A DNA stretch of 64,000 nucleotides, taken from contig OZ024740.1 in the NCBI GenBank assembly GCA_964016885.1, positions 145,452,001-145,516,000 on the forward strand. The letters run 5' to 3'. Within the stretch, counting starts at the first letter, position 1. Every line of letters begins with the position of its first letter. Both the position numbers and the translations under genes were made by a program. This document shows positions 24,921 through 39,349 of this stretch, piece by piece. The DNA comes from Eledone cirrhosa (taxonomy: Eukaryota). The notes beneath the pieces were generated by a model. It saw nothing but the letters and a program-made list of their open reading frames with translations, was not told the origin of the DNA and searched no databases.

Positions 24921-26595
24921 CATGGATGTGGTGTCACTGTACCCATCCATTAACATTGATTTTGCTGTGAAAAGATGTGTGGAGATGATCATTGAGAGTG
25001 AGGTGGAGTTCTGCGACGTCAACACAGACGAACTGGGCCTCCTACTTAGACTTACCTACGACACTGACTACCTAGACAGCCATGACCTTAGATGTTTCTG
25101 CCCTAGTAGACCTATAAGAGGTAGACCCCCCACCATAACCTCAATGGCTAAAAAGACTCCCATAGGAAGGTGGATTGGGTGGACCAAAGCTATACGGACC
25201 CCCCAAAACACTGATCAGGTAAGAAAAATGGTCGCACATGCAATAGGGGCTAGTATCAAAACTACCCTAAAGGGCCACATATTTAAGTTCAATGAGAAAA
25301 TCTACACCCAAAATGAGGGAGCAGCCATCGGCGTCAGCATAGCTGGTGATGTTGCCAACCTTTTCATGGTATGGTGGGAAAGGAGACTTAAAGATCTCCT
25401 TAATGAAAGCTCCATAGACCTCATCATGTACTCTCGTTATGTAGACGATATCAATATAGTTATAAGAACACCCCCACTAGAGAGCACTAACAAGTTTGAT
25501 TTAGAACGTAGCACGATGGAAAGCATCCAGCAGATAGCTAATTCCATACACCAGAGTATAACTGTAACTATAGACTTCCCTTCCAAACACCCTAACAATA
25601 GACTACCTGTATTAGACACAGAACTCTGGATTAACACTATAGACGAGAGAGCCCAAATTCTCCACTCACACTATGCTAAACCCATGGCCTCCAAATACCT
25701 GATACTCAAAAACTCAGCAATGTCCAGTAGTGCTAAGTTTAATATTCTGATCGCAGATTTGGTACGAGTGATGAAGAATGTGTCCAGCATGTGCGACCCA
25801 ACAGAAATGGAAGGAAACATCCAACACTTCATCAACCGCATGCAGTTCTCTGGCTACAACCAAAGAGACAGAGTCAGAGTATACGAAGGAGCCATGGAAA
25901 AGTATAAGACCCTCATAGAACTGGACATGAAAGGAATTTGCCCACTATACAGGAGCAAATCATGGAATAGCTTAGATAGGGCTAGACATAAGATAGGGAA
26001 GGCCACATCATGGTACGACAACCAGAGATATCAGAGTGTCATGTTTGTGGATGCCACCCCTGGAGGGAAATTAGCTAACCAGTGTAGAAAGGCCCTGAGA
26101 AAGACCCACTTAAAAATAAAGGTGGTAGAAAAGCCAGGAACCACCATAAAATCCCTGATCAGCAAAACCTACCCTTTTAAGAAAACCCACTGTACTAATA
26201 GGAAATGTATCATATGTAAGGTGAACCCCCGGATAAACTGTAAAACCAGAAACGTAGTCTATAGCATAAGATGTACAGAGGGTACTTGCAGAAACATGAC
26301 AACAACATACATAGGTGAGACAGCTCGTAGCATAGGTGAAAGGATAGACCAACACTGGGGGGAACTAAAAGGACGAAAAAACGGGTCAGTACTATACGAA
26401 CATGCTAGACAACAACACGACGGTAACATAGACAACATAGAAATTAGAATAATATCTAAACATAGGAATGACCCAGCAGATAGGCAAATCAGAGAGGCCA
26501 GTGAAATAGAAATTAGAAGACCAAAGCTAAACAGAAAGAATGAGTGGAACAACAACAACACCCAAACAAACAACACTGACCTAAGAGAAGTATAA
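24921..26595 (+). CDS. 5'-truncated but open PLE RT core plus GIY-YIG in the inverted arm
   Basis: Open frame DVVSLYPSI...RYVDD...YIGETARS...DLREV; lacks the N-terminal domain. Confidence 0.85.
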
Positions 26596-26865
26596 ATAAG
26601 TAAATAAAATTAAATAAAATAAGATAAATAAATACATACACAAGCACATAAACACACACTAGTCACCCAGCAGACACAACACTATACACACTAGTCACAC
26701 ATCACACATAACACTATACACACACGCAAACGCATGCGCAAAGAAGACAAAATAAAATAAGATAAACAAACAAGCAAATAAATAAATAAATATATAGACA
26801 GACTGAACAAAAAAAAAAAAAATGGCGTAGACATACAACACAACAGGAGGAACAATGAATATAAC

Positions 26866-26907
26866 ACCACTGACGATGTTGCAGATGTGCAACGAAAGAT
26901 TTATGTA
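26866..26907 (+). ncRNA. Minimal hammerhead in the family A pseudo-LTR (copies: - 20423-20463, - 24560-24600, + 42719-42760, - 53270-53308, + 54666-54708)
   Basis: CA-CUGACGA-uGUUGCA(gaug)UGCAAC-GAAA-GAU-UUA-UG; quasi-palindromic stem III AGAUUU; stem I only 2 bp. Confidence 0.7.
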
Positions 26908-27118
26908 AATTATGTAAACTATATATATGTGTTTGTGTCTATATTGTATCTGTATTATTTTTGACCGCCGGTCAGTCAATGGCAACATTGAGGACCGAGT
27001 AAGTTAGATCGCAGATATATATATATAAAAGACAGCGAGAAGCGAAAACCAACCAAACAGTGAGTGTGTTCTGTTATTAATTCTGGCAATATTACGCAAA
27101 TATGACCCTCCCCAAATA

Positions 27119-27162
<44 letters not shown>

Positions 27163-27170
<8 letters not shown>

Positions 27171-27441
27171 GATATTAAATAAATGGAAACTATATTTATA
27201 AAACCATATTTATTCTATTATATATATTTCAAGGGTACCTAAACATTGGTACCCTTTGAGAGCGTACCAAAGTTTTGGTACCCTTGAAATATATATAATA
27301 GAATAAATATGGTTTTATAAATATAGTTTCCATTTATTTAATATCATTGAATATTATACTCCAGAAAATCTGTCGAGTGCTTTGAATCAGTTATAAACAT
27401 TTATATTTGTTGAATTACCAACAAATTAAATATCCCTTTTG

Positions 27442-27443
<2 letters not shown>
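27163..27443 (+). mobile_element. Fold-back short element family B (arms of about 76 bp; only the 3' half of the hammerhead)
   Basis: Inverted arms 27163-27239 and 27277-27353; tail homologous to 43290-43438; TA on both sides. Confidence 0.85.
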
Positions 27444-27478
<35 letters not shown>

Positions 27479-28564
27479 TGATGACCACCTGCTCTTCATT
27501 TAAATCAGTAAGTATTTCTAGAAAGTGATCTGAGCAACCAAAGAGGTAATGGACTTTGTTGCCCATATTGCCAAGTTGTCTACCTTATACTGGCCATGTA
27601 AGTCTTTGACAATGAAGAACATGCACATAACTCATTGTTGCACGTGAATTCTATAAAATGTGGATATTTTACAAACTCTCAACCATTAAAATCTTTGCTT
27701 TAATTAAATAATAAATATTTATGCACAAGTCAGTAGATATTTGAAAATCTAAGATAAATTTAATAACTTTAATGTAAGTATACCAACAATTTATAAGCCT
27801 CATTGTGAAAGTTTTAACAGATTTATCTTAGATTTTCCAATATGCGTTATGTTATGCATATTTAGGATCGATGCTCCAAATATACCCAAGAATATGTTTA
27901 ACTTTCAATGTATTAGGAAAGATTTGTGTTATTAATGTATTTGATGATGTGATCTAAATTAGTGATAAATGCAACTAATTATAAAAAGTTAATGTGTTCA
28001 ATATAATTCGAGTATGGGTTGTTGAAGCCGTCTTGGTCGGGACAGTTGCATAAGATTTGAACATATTATTTCTAACCGGTATCTTTACCAGCGTTTTCCA
28101 TTTATTGTTTATTTTATTCTCTTATTGGTTTCAGTAATTGAACTGCAACCATGCTATGGTACCGCCTTGATTTAGTCGATATGATTGACTCCAGTATTTA
28201 TGTTGTTTTGTTGTTGTTGTTTTTAGTCTACTACTTATTTTATCGATCTCATTTTTATTCGAACTGCTAAGGCACCAAAATGCGTTCTGACAAGTGTAAT
28301 AGATTGTATTTTGTATGGACCCTACAATCGGGGTCGTAGGGGCACCGTAGTGACATACGGTATTTCTTGGGCATTTAAAACCTGGTGGAGCCCATCTCCT
28401 CTTCAGGTCTGAACACAGCCGATTTCTTCTAGAGAAGGAGAGAGATGCATGTTTTTTTTTATGCTCTGCTTCAAAAGCTACTATTTTCCTCCAATCAGCT
28501 CAGAGCAGCAAGAGTTCGATTCACCTATTCTTTTAAACATGAGAAAGTTAAGCACATATTTATT

Positions 28565-28790
28565 GGAGGGTAGTGGATCGGCAGAATCGGTAATGCAGTG
28601 GATAAAATGCCTTTGGGGTATTTGTTTTGGCTCTTTACATCCCAAGTTCAAATCCCGTCAAGGGCAACTTTGCTTTTGGTCCTTCTGGGAGTCGATAAAA
28701 TTTAATAGCAGTCAAGTACAGTGGTTGATTTAATCAACTTTGCCCTCCGCCTAAATTTGTTAGCCTTGTCTTTAAATTAGAAATCAATAT
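28565..28790 (+). mobile_element. SINE family 1, diverged (others at about 11195-11285, 29820-29990, 32350-32490, 35595-35740, 40703-40810, 51585-51730)
   Basis: aagttcaaatcccg head and gtcgataaaa body. Confidence 0.75.
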
Positions 28791-29206
28791 TAGAATTAGT
28801 AGGGGAAGTGAAAGTGGTTTTATAGCCTCGTAAAGAGAGGAATGGCAGTATCCATGACGCTTTTCAGGACGTTCAAGACTTGTACGAGGAAGTTATTCTC
28901 AGACGAGAGACCTAGACCAAATGTTTGCAACCAAAGTGGTCTCTACTAAAGACACCCAGAGGCCATGTTGTGGTGTTAACCACAGACGACGGGTTAAATC
29001 TACTAAGCTGCAAATGATTGAAGTAAAGTGATAGTCTAACTGAAAAAAAATTGTTTTGCATTCTGAGATAGGCATTCTGTGTCTCTGGCTACGTTTTTAA
29101 CTCACAATTTCTCACTTGGCGTAAAGAGATATCAATGAGAGGATCAGCTCACTCTTGTAAGCAGCGACACTATATAGAGAATTAGTGGAATTTGGTAGCA
29201 GAACCC

Positions 29207-29304
<98 letters not shown>

Positions 29305-29577
29305 CTGTGTGTCTATGGTATGTCTCTGTGTTGTGTGTGTGTGTATGTGTGTATGTGTGTCTATTCACACATATTAAGCTGCAGCCAGGAACTAGCTCTG
29401 AATTTGATAAAACAACACTCACGCGCGCACACACACTGCACGTTCCACCCATTAGCACAGATGATGTATGCTTTCCACCTACTTGTAAATAAAATGTCCT
29501 CTGTTCATCTAAAATACTTACCTAATTCACTCGATACATAAAAACTCTGCTCAATCCTCTCTTTCTTTTTCTCCACT

Positions 29578-29614
<37 letters not shown>

Positions 29615-29985
29615 TCTCTTCCTCTTTCTCCACACCACCTCTCTCTCTCTCTCTCTTCCTCTCTCTCTCTTCCTCTCTCTCTCTTCCTCTCTCTCTCCAT
29701 CTCTCTCTCTCTCGTATATTTTCCTTTTCATCCATTAATTTCAAAATCCTCATCAACTGCTCAGAAAAGACCCAATTATCCCAGGTAATTCTCGGCTTTC
29801 AAATTACAGTCAGATTTTATGTCAGTAGAACGGTGGATAGAACGCTTTGAAATGTTCGTTCTTGTTCTCTGCGTTCTGAATTTAAATACCGCCGAAGTCA
29901 ACTTTACTTTCATCATTTCGAAGTCGATGAAAAAAGGTGTCAGTCCAGTATTGGGGTCGATTCTTCCTCTATATTTCTTTCTCAC

Positions 29986-30024
<39 letters not shown>

Positions 30025-30341
30025 TTCTGGGGAAAAATCGGTTGTATCCAGACATGGACATAGATGGGCTCCACCAGGTTTTTAATGCCCAAGACATGTC
30101 ACTCTGGCGCTCCTGAGCACATCTGCAGCCAGTTTTACTTTGAAATTCTATCTGTTTACAAATCTCATCTACTATTTCCCTTTTAAACCTCATTTTCTAT
30201 CTAAACTAGTCCAAACACTTCAGTCCAACTGGTGATCTTTCTGAAATAACTCTGGAACAGTGAGTCTCCAAGCGAGATCTAAGCCTCAATATATATATAT
30301 ATCTTTCTCTCCCTCTCTTTCTTTCTCTCTCTCTCTCCCTC

Positions 30342-30384
<43 letters not shown>

Positions 30385-30699
30385 GGGTATCTACTCTAAG
30401 GTAGGGAAACATTATACTCACTTCCAACATCTCAAAAGAGATATAAACAATTAAAAACAACCACCTTCTTAATTACCTTGATTTTGTTTCCGCTTAAGTG
30501 GCCACTTCATCTACTTTTCTAAGGCATAGAAATGATCTCTTCTCCTTGACAATTTCGGAGATAGCAATGTTTTTACTTTTAATATCAACCCTCTGCAATC
30601 CCTAACAGGGAAACGGAGGTAAGTATTTCAAATCTGAAACATTTAAAGTCGCTTGAAACTCTGATAATTTCTTGCGTAGACTACTCATCAATGACATTA

Positions 30700-31180
30700 A
30701 AAAAAAACATGGAAAAGACAAGGCTTCCTCTTTAAGATTAGAAAATACATCAGCACTGAACAGTTGCTATCCCCTTACAAGGTATTGGTATGACCTACGA
30801 TCTGGGATGGTGTAGCTGCTATACGCCCACATTTTTAGATTTAAAACACGGCCATCCGGTTGATTAGCAATCCTTTATTCCTCAATACACTATAATTATT
30901 AGCTCACCAAATGTATCCTCTCCCTGTCTCCACTAACTGTATCCTCTCATTGTCTCTTCTACTGCTTCTACAACAGTTCCTGCTCCTATAAACTAGCTAA
31001 TTATGTACTAATCTATATAATCCTATCCAACGCACCCACATCTCCCTCCTATATTTCAAATCCAAAACACGTATTCAACATCTCCCTCAGTCCTACCACC
31101 ACAAGATTCTCAGATCGCAACCCCCCCAGATTGTCTTCTGTACGAGATCAGTCTACAGAAATTCAAGATAAACCTCAATT
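30700..31180 (+). mobile_element. Decayed CR1/Jockey-like LINE 3' end
   Basis: Broken translation EQLL..YKV..V.PT..WDGVAA..FLD..AIRLI resembles the post-RT region of these LINEs. Confidence 0.45.
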
Positions 31181-33031
31181 GGGAAGACAATAAAATTTCC
31201 ACCACGCATTTCTCCCACTAATAGACTTCATGAAACCCTAATTAATAACGTTGTTATGGGAAGGTGGGGATCAAATATATTTTCTTCATTTTATTTTCCC
31301 TTGTCTGTGAAATAGATAGTTTATCATCAATTAACACAAAATGATATCAATTTTAGAGGCAAATACATTCACTCACACAGACAGTATCTAAGGTATTCGG
31401 CACCATCACTCTGTATTTGCTGTGTATATAGTTTATAGAAACGGTGTGTGCAAACTGTTCATGGGCGAACTAGTCTAGATAGTTTTCCATTTTCTAAATG
31501 TAGAACATATTTCTCACTGTTTATTAGCATCCTGTTTAGCAGGAGAAGTGCCTTAAAGGGGTAATGGTGATAAAGAAGTAGTTTATAAGAGTGGAATCAA
31601 ACTATATAATCGTAACGGTTAGGATAGGATTGAAATTTAAATCCTTGAATTGTTAACAGAATTCTGTAATAACTTTTCTTACATTTGATATACGAGAAAG
31701 AGGTCTCGGAATTTTTTACCTTTTTTTATTCTTTGTACATTTTGTTTATTCTATTAGCCCACCAACGAGTCTGTGTATTGTATAGGTGTGATTGAAGATA
31801 TTTTAATCTACAGTGCTGTCTTGAATCTTTATTGGTATAGTATTCGGTTGCAAGGGCATGTTTATTTCATGCTATTATGTTTACTTAAACTTACTCAGCG
31901 TGCGTATAGTTCTTCAGATCAACCTTCTGTTCTTTACCTTCGTGTACATACAGATTTGGAGATGTTAGCTTTGGGCATCATGTAATGTATGTTATACCTT
32001 CACCTTGGCGCAAAACTAAAGCTTACAATTTCAGCGGTTTGATGTTCATCATCTGAAAACATTGTTTTTGTTTTTATAACTTTCTGAGGATGTTTTTTTC
32101 TTAAACAAGCGATAGAGGAAAGCTATTAATTTTCGTCAGGTATGTTCCTCTGTCATTTACAGAATATTACATTATGAAGTATGCATGTATGAACCCGTAA
32201 CTCCGGAGTGAAATATGGTGTGTCTTGGGCAATCCAAACCTAGCGGAGCCCATCTCCTATCCAGGTTTGAACACTGTCGAATTCTTCTAAAGAGGACAAA
32301 AGAGAGACTGAGAGAGATTGATAAAGAGGAAGTGAGAACGAGATATGGATGAAGAATCGATCCCGGTATTAGATGTGTACTTGTTTTATTGACCTCGAAA
32401 GGATGGAAGGCAAAGTTAACTTCGGCAGGATAAAAATTCCAAGTCGCATTCTATCCGACATTCTAACGACTCTATCAATTCGCTACATTATGATAAGATG
32501 AACCTACAATAAATTTAAAGTATACACTTTGATTAATGTTTATAATGTATCATACTTACAATAGACGTCATTAATATCTTTATAGATTACAGTGTAATGT
32601 TACCCGTAGCCAATGTTACTCTGGAAATCTTTTCATATTTTATTTAAACGGTTTTCTTTAATTTCTAATTATAACACACACAAAAACTTGAAAGTTTTTA
32701 TAAGCTCGTATGCCGTGGGGAGATGAAGAATACTTATCTAAACTCACGAGCTTTACTGTATCGTTTCTCCCGACACAGACCCCCATCGATTTACGTTTAC
32801 CTGAAAAAGAAAATACAATAACTTATTTCAAATTCAACTACCCTTTAAACTGAATGACTCGTTCTTAAGTACTGTACCTGATAACAACTCCTAGTGTACT
32901 TATTGCTGCTAGTTACAACACATGTTTGTATTTAGTGTTAGATAGGTATACGATTATAACCTAAATGTTAAGGGGAAATTTTCGTGCTAGATTTAACTGC
33001 CATCTGTTTACGAATCTCAGTGATATATATC

Positions 33032-33098
<67 letters not shown>

Positions 33099-33112
33099 AT
33101 GTATATATGTAT

Positions 33113-33582
33113 ATATGATGGCTGCAAACTCTGCTACGAGTACTGCAATCGCTTGTCAGGTTACAGAGTTTGGTGCACTTTTAGGCAACTGCCAGTCACA
33201 CAAACCTGTAACAGACCCTGAACAAGTAATGCCTGTGCTTTTAAGGTTTTTTTAAGTGGGGAAAGGCCTAGCACTCGACCAATCCCACTCTCTGAGCATC
33301 GAAAACACTACCCAAAAAGGAGAACTGGTCAACATCATTGGATGCTTCCGAAGCTGCAGGTTTTTGTTCACAGTTTCTCTCTCTTAGAAAGGTGTTGTGA
33401 CAACAACTGGGGGCCTTTTACTCCCAGTCAAAAAAAAAAAAAGTACTATTTGGATGGCCCTTGACTCTGCTGAGTTGCTCCGCCCTTTGCCGGGTCTTGT
33501 ATTTCATACAAATGTCACCCACCTCACCAAGCTAGCTTGGTGGGGTTGCCGGTTTTGAGAGCCGACGACCCGACCATGAGAC
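33113..33582 (-). mobile_element. Second copy of the 1323-1927 repeat family
   Basis: Shared blocks and shared left boundary at a TA tract. Confidence 0.6.
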
Positions 33583-34285
33583 ATACATACATACATATAT
33601 ATATCCAATAGACCCCCTCTACCTAAGGTCTGAACGCGTCCCTTGTTAACCAGCGTAAAGGACGATGCGGTTTGAATGATTTTATTGCATCTAACCTTAC
33701 TACAGTTTTCGGTGATCTTATTCGCGCTAGTTAATTTGGTGATATTCTCACACCGGCGAAGACTAGGCTCCTTTAGAGGCAACCTTTATTCGCCTCGTCG
33801 TAGCTACATCGTTTGTCTGGGGGAGGGTTACTTATTCGTCCAGCAGAAGTTCACTTATATTGCAATTCACCATAACCGGTGGCGTATCACTATCCGTCAC
33901 TTACTACCCGTTCTCTAACAGAAAATAATAAGCTGACATACTTTCAATATGTGTGTGTGTGTTTTGTTACGAACGAACGAAAATATGCCCAATAATTCAT
34001 GTTTATTGAGAGACATATGTATATGTTGGCAGTGTTCCTAGCATGGCCAGAACCAAATGAATTGAACCAGTAAAAGAATAAAAGACTATAGAGTTAAGGA
34101 TGAAGATATAGAATTATCACTGGGTTTTGATGTGGTGAAAAACTTCGCAGCGAATGTACCACAACTTGCATATATGCAGTTTCAGAGAAATAAAATTTGG
34201 CATAATTGATAATAAAAGGCTTTTAAGCCTAGAGCAAATACAAGAATAGCAGCCTCGATAAATTCCTTTTTACCTTATCTAATTA

Positions 34286-34372
<87 letters not shown>

Positions 34373-34811
34373 GTTGTTAAACAATATTCGATGATTATGT
34401 CAAAAAATGAGTTTTACAGTAGATTGGAAGCACTCAACGGAAAAATAATTTTCAGGAGTTATTAATATTAAAATATAAGTATTAATAAAATAGATGTTCT
34501 TTTGATCAATTACATTTTATTATACATATTTCGGATGTACAACAGAACGAAAAAACCTCCTTCTACATATTTTATCCCCCCTCCCCCTACACTTTATTTT
34601 TCCCTCTTTATAAATCCTTTCCCAGTGACTATCACTGGCTGTTATGATTCATGAGACGTTTTACTAGATATATCGTAGTAGCATACACATTAAAACTTTT
34701 AGAACACTTACAGTATGCAACGTTTTTTCTTACTCACACATTCTCTAATGAATTTATTACGTTTCCGCATTCTCTCATAGACGGGATATAAATAAAATCT
34801 TCTCTTAGGTT

Positions 34812-35073
34812 AATATAGGTATTAATAAAATAGATGTTCTTTTGATCAATTACATTTTATTATACATATTTCGGATGTACAACAGTACGTCCTCATCAGA
34901 CAAAATATAATGATACATGACATACCCTGAGATGTTATATGGTTAAGATTTAATATCAAAGGTATGTCATGTATCATTATATTTTGTCTGATGAGGACGT
35001 ACTGTTGTACATCCGAAATATGTATAATAAAATGTAATTGATCAAAAGAACATCTATTTTATTAATACCTATA

Positions 35074-35075
<2 letters not shown>
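34812..35075. repeat. Perfect fold-back with arms of about 115 bp, containing sense and antisense hammerhead; partial third copy at 34465-34548
   Basis: aatataggtattaataaaatagatg...gacatacc / ggtatgtc...ctattttattaatacctatatt. Confidence 0.95.
34981..35033 (+). ncRNA. Canonical type I hammerhead ribozyme
   Basis: AUUUUGU-CUGAUGA-GGAcGUAC(uguu)GUACaUCC-GAAA-UAUGUA-UA-AUAAAAU; 7-bp stem I. Confidence 0.9.
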
Positions 35076-35143
<68 letters not shown>

Positions 35144-35287
35144 AATTAAAATACTAGAGTGTGTTGGAGTTAAACACCCTCTTCATATTATAGAAATGAC
35201 AGTATAGGATATAGCTCAATGTAATTAAATTTTTTTATAATGTTTTTATAATTTTTATATATATATTTATATAACTTTATCTTTCTA

Positions 35288-35592
<305 letters not shown>

Positions 35593-35939
35593 GATTGTCG
35601 AATAGAATGGTTTGCGATATTCGTTCCAACTCTCCGAGATCAAACCACGCCAAGGTCGACTTTCCCTTTCATCATTTCAAGGTCCATAAAAATGTACTAG
35701 TCCGGTACTGGGGTTGATTCTCCCTCTATATTTCTTTCTCACTTCCTCTCTATCATTCTCTCTCATTCTCTAGAAAAAATCATCTGTGTTTAGACCTGGA
35801 GAAGGATCGGTTCTGCTACATTTACAATGCCCAATATTTCTTTGAGGATAAATGTAGCACCCGTAGAAAGATTCAATCAATTAATCGGTCAAACAATTAA
35901 TGATTAATAATTTATATGCTGTTGTGCTATATGAATCAT

Positions 35940-36104
35940 TAGGGTCGGGCGCCATGCTTTCCAGCATAGTTACGTCCCTTTACGATCTGAGTTCAAATCC
36001 CGCCGAGGTTGACTTTGCCTTTCATCCTTAAGGGTCGATAAAATAAAGTACCAGTAATGTACTGGATAATTGCTGGCCTTGTGCCTAAAGTAGAAACAAT
36101 TATA
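35940..36104 (+). mobile_element. SINE family 1 bracketed by an inverted repeat of about 37 bp
   Basis: Family body; flanks 35863-35900 and 36102-36140 are reverse complements. Confidence 0.85.
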
Positions 36105-36229
36105 ATTTGTTTGACCAATTAATTGATTGATTCTTTCTACTGGAGTGATTCTTTCCCCAAAGAAACAATTGTAGAAATTAAAGATGGAATTTTAGTAACA
36201 ACATTCATTTTACTTTTGTATTGATTACA

Positions 36230-36640
<411 letters not shown>

Positions 36641-36686
36641 CAATGTAAATGACAATCAAAGAGTGTTTAAACTTTCAAACATTTAA

Positions 36687-36735
36687 CCACTGACGATCGT
36701 TTCATCCTAGCACAAGTCCGATATCATCGGAGTTG
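36687..36735 (-). ncRNA. Hammerhead candidate with U4C variant core
   Basis: ACU-CCGAUGA-uAUC...GAU-GAAAC-GAUC-GUC-AGU; palindromic stem III ACGAUCGU; about 50 bp from the microsatellite. Confidence 0.65.
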
Positions 36736-37245
36736 ATAGCAAAAGTGAAACATAAATAGTATTACAGATAGGTGCAACACTATAAGTTCGACTACATAAT
36801 TCAATCATAATAACAATTATTTTCAAAACGTCCAAAAGAGCTAATATAATTTGGAGTAAATGAATACAACCATCAAAGTAAAAAATCTAATATAGATGGA
36901 AGTATTATCAGTTAGGCACTCAAGACACATTATCAAAGCATCACATAGTTGAATAGAGGAGACAAAGTCACACGCCATCAAGAGTACAAACCATCCATCT
37001 TAGCGTGGAATTTAAAAATTAATCCTTTAAAAAGATTATCCTTAAAAAAACGGTTATAACAAAACAAAGGGGTAATTTATTACAAAGGTAATTCATGTAA
37101 GACATTCTATATGTTAGAGAGTTATTATATATTTAGTAATGAAAATAGAAAAATTTAGTATGTAAAGATGTATGAGGATCGAATTAGAAAGCTAAAGAAC
37201 TTTAAAAGAATATTGTATATTTACAAATTACAGTGAAAGAAATTA

Positions 37246-37574
37246 TCTCCTTATAATATATAACCAGCAATTTCTCTGTCTGTCTGTCCGACAGTGGAAA
37301 CACGTGCGCGCGTGCAAATGTTTTTTGCGCACGCGACGCGTAGAGAGAGTGTGAGAGTGAAAGAAAGAGACAGACTACAAGAGGGGGATAGCGGGAGGGA
37401 GAGAGGGGGGAATTGGGAGTGCTACAGAAACATATATACATTTCTGTGTGTGTGTATTATATATATATACACACACAGAAATATATATATATACACGCAG
37501 AAATATATATACATTTCTGTGTGTGTAATATATATATATATACACACAGAAATATATATACATTTCTGTGTGTG

Positions 37575-37641
<67 letters not shown>

Positions 37642-37667
37642 GAAATATATATACATTTCTGTGTGTG

Positions 37668-37724
<57 letters not shown>

Positions 37725-38681
37725 GAAATATATATATATATTTCCGTGTGTGTATATATATATATATATATTACACACACAGAAATATATATATATTTCC
37801 GTGTGTGTATATATATATATATATATTACACACACAGAAATGTATATATATATACACACAGAAATATATATACATCCCTTAGCTACTGTACTGTATCTGT
37901 TGCTATCTCTCTCTCTCTCTCTCCAGCTATCCCTCTCTTTTAGTCTGTCTGTTTCTCTCACTCTCACTCTTTCTCTTTGTAACACTAACATTCCTCCCCT
38001 CTATCGCTGTGACGAATGGGGAGATGGAGGAGGAGGAGGAGGAGGAGGAGAGAGTCACTTCGTCACTTCACCTCTGCCTTTCTTTCTTTCCCCTCTCACT
38101 CCCTCATTACGTACAGACATTAGGGCGGTGGATTGGCAGAATCTGTAGAGAGTCGGACACCATGCTTCATAGCATGGAGTTACGTCCCTTTGTGGTCTGA
38201 GTTCAAATACCGCCGAGGTTAACTTTGCCTTTCATCCTCACGGGGTCGATAAAATAAAGTACCAGTAATGTACTGGGTAATTGCTGGCCTTGTGCCAAAA
38301 GTAGAAACAATTATTAGAAACATTGCTTCATTTTTACATATCTAAGCATTAGTAAAATAACTAATAATTTCAAAAGTAATTTTTCAATTCCAATTTTATG
38401 AACAGCAAAACATTAATAATAATTTTGTTCTAAGAAATATATATACATTTCTGTGTGCGTAATATATATATATACACACACAGAAATATATATACATTTC
38501 TGTGTGTGTAATATATATATATATACACATAGAAATATATATACATTTCTGTATGTGTAATATATATATATATACACACACAGAAATATATATATATATA
38601 CACACAGAAATATATATACATTTCTGTGTGTAATATATATATATATATACACACAGAAATATATATACATTTCTGTGTGTG

Positions 38682-38724
<43 letters not shown>

Positions 38725-38752
38725 GAAATATATATACATTTCTGTGTGTGTA

Positions 38753-38789
<37 letters not shown>

Positions 38790-39349
38790 GAAATATATGG
38801 GCATTTCTCTGTTTGTCTGTCTGTCTGTCTGTCCTTCCCTAAAACTCAAATGTAGGTGCTACAGAAATATTACCTTCCCCTTCCTTTCTCCACTTTGGTA
38901 CTACCAAGAGAAACACTGTCGCTATAGAAACATTACCTTCCCCTCTCCACTGACTTTGGTCACTGAGGCCGAGGGAATCGCTGGTTGCTATAGAAACATC
39001 TTGCACAAGCCAGAAGTAACCAGTTCGAGGCGGTTCTGACTTGACACCATGCCAAGGACCATTTGAAGATATATTTCCATCGTTATATCATAACGTTTAT
39101 GTATCATAACGTTTATATTTCCGTCACTAATCTCTTTTTCTCCTTTTTCGTTTTAACATATATTTATTTCAAAGATTTCACCGTATAGATAACATATATA
39201 TTTATACATGCATAAAAGACACACCGAGAGACGGTGAACATGTGGTGCCGAAAACATTTCTCATCCAATATCAGTATATATCTCAACAATATCAGTATAT
39301 ACACTAGATTTGCTAGCAGAAAACCGCCCACCGGGTGGTTTTCTGCTAG
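37246..39349 (+). mobile_element. Non-autonomous Helitron-like element with internal palindromic minisatellites and a nested SINE (38122-38315)
   Basis: 5' TC...tataatatata...ctgtctgtctgtc start; 3' hairpin ctagcagaaaaccgccc/gggtggttttctgctag ending in CTAG. Confidence 0.6.

Larger units (their letters stand above)
20147..27122. mobile_element. Penelope-like element family A composite: full-length minus-strand unit with pseudo-LTRs plus an inverted 5'-truncated unit
   Basis: Direct repeats about 20144-20620 and 24281-24759; inverted repeat 20207-22589 and 24760-27122; TA tracts at both ends. Confidence 0.97.

Noticed and set aside
26985-27025. Second hammerhead in the family A pseudo-LTR (ttgagga-ccgag...tcg-caga)
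   Set aside because: Lacks GAAA, has a non-canonical core and no stem I
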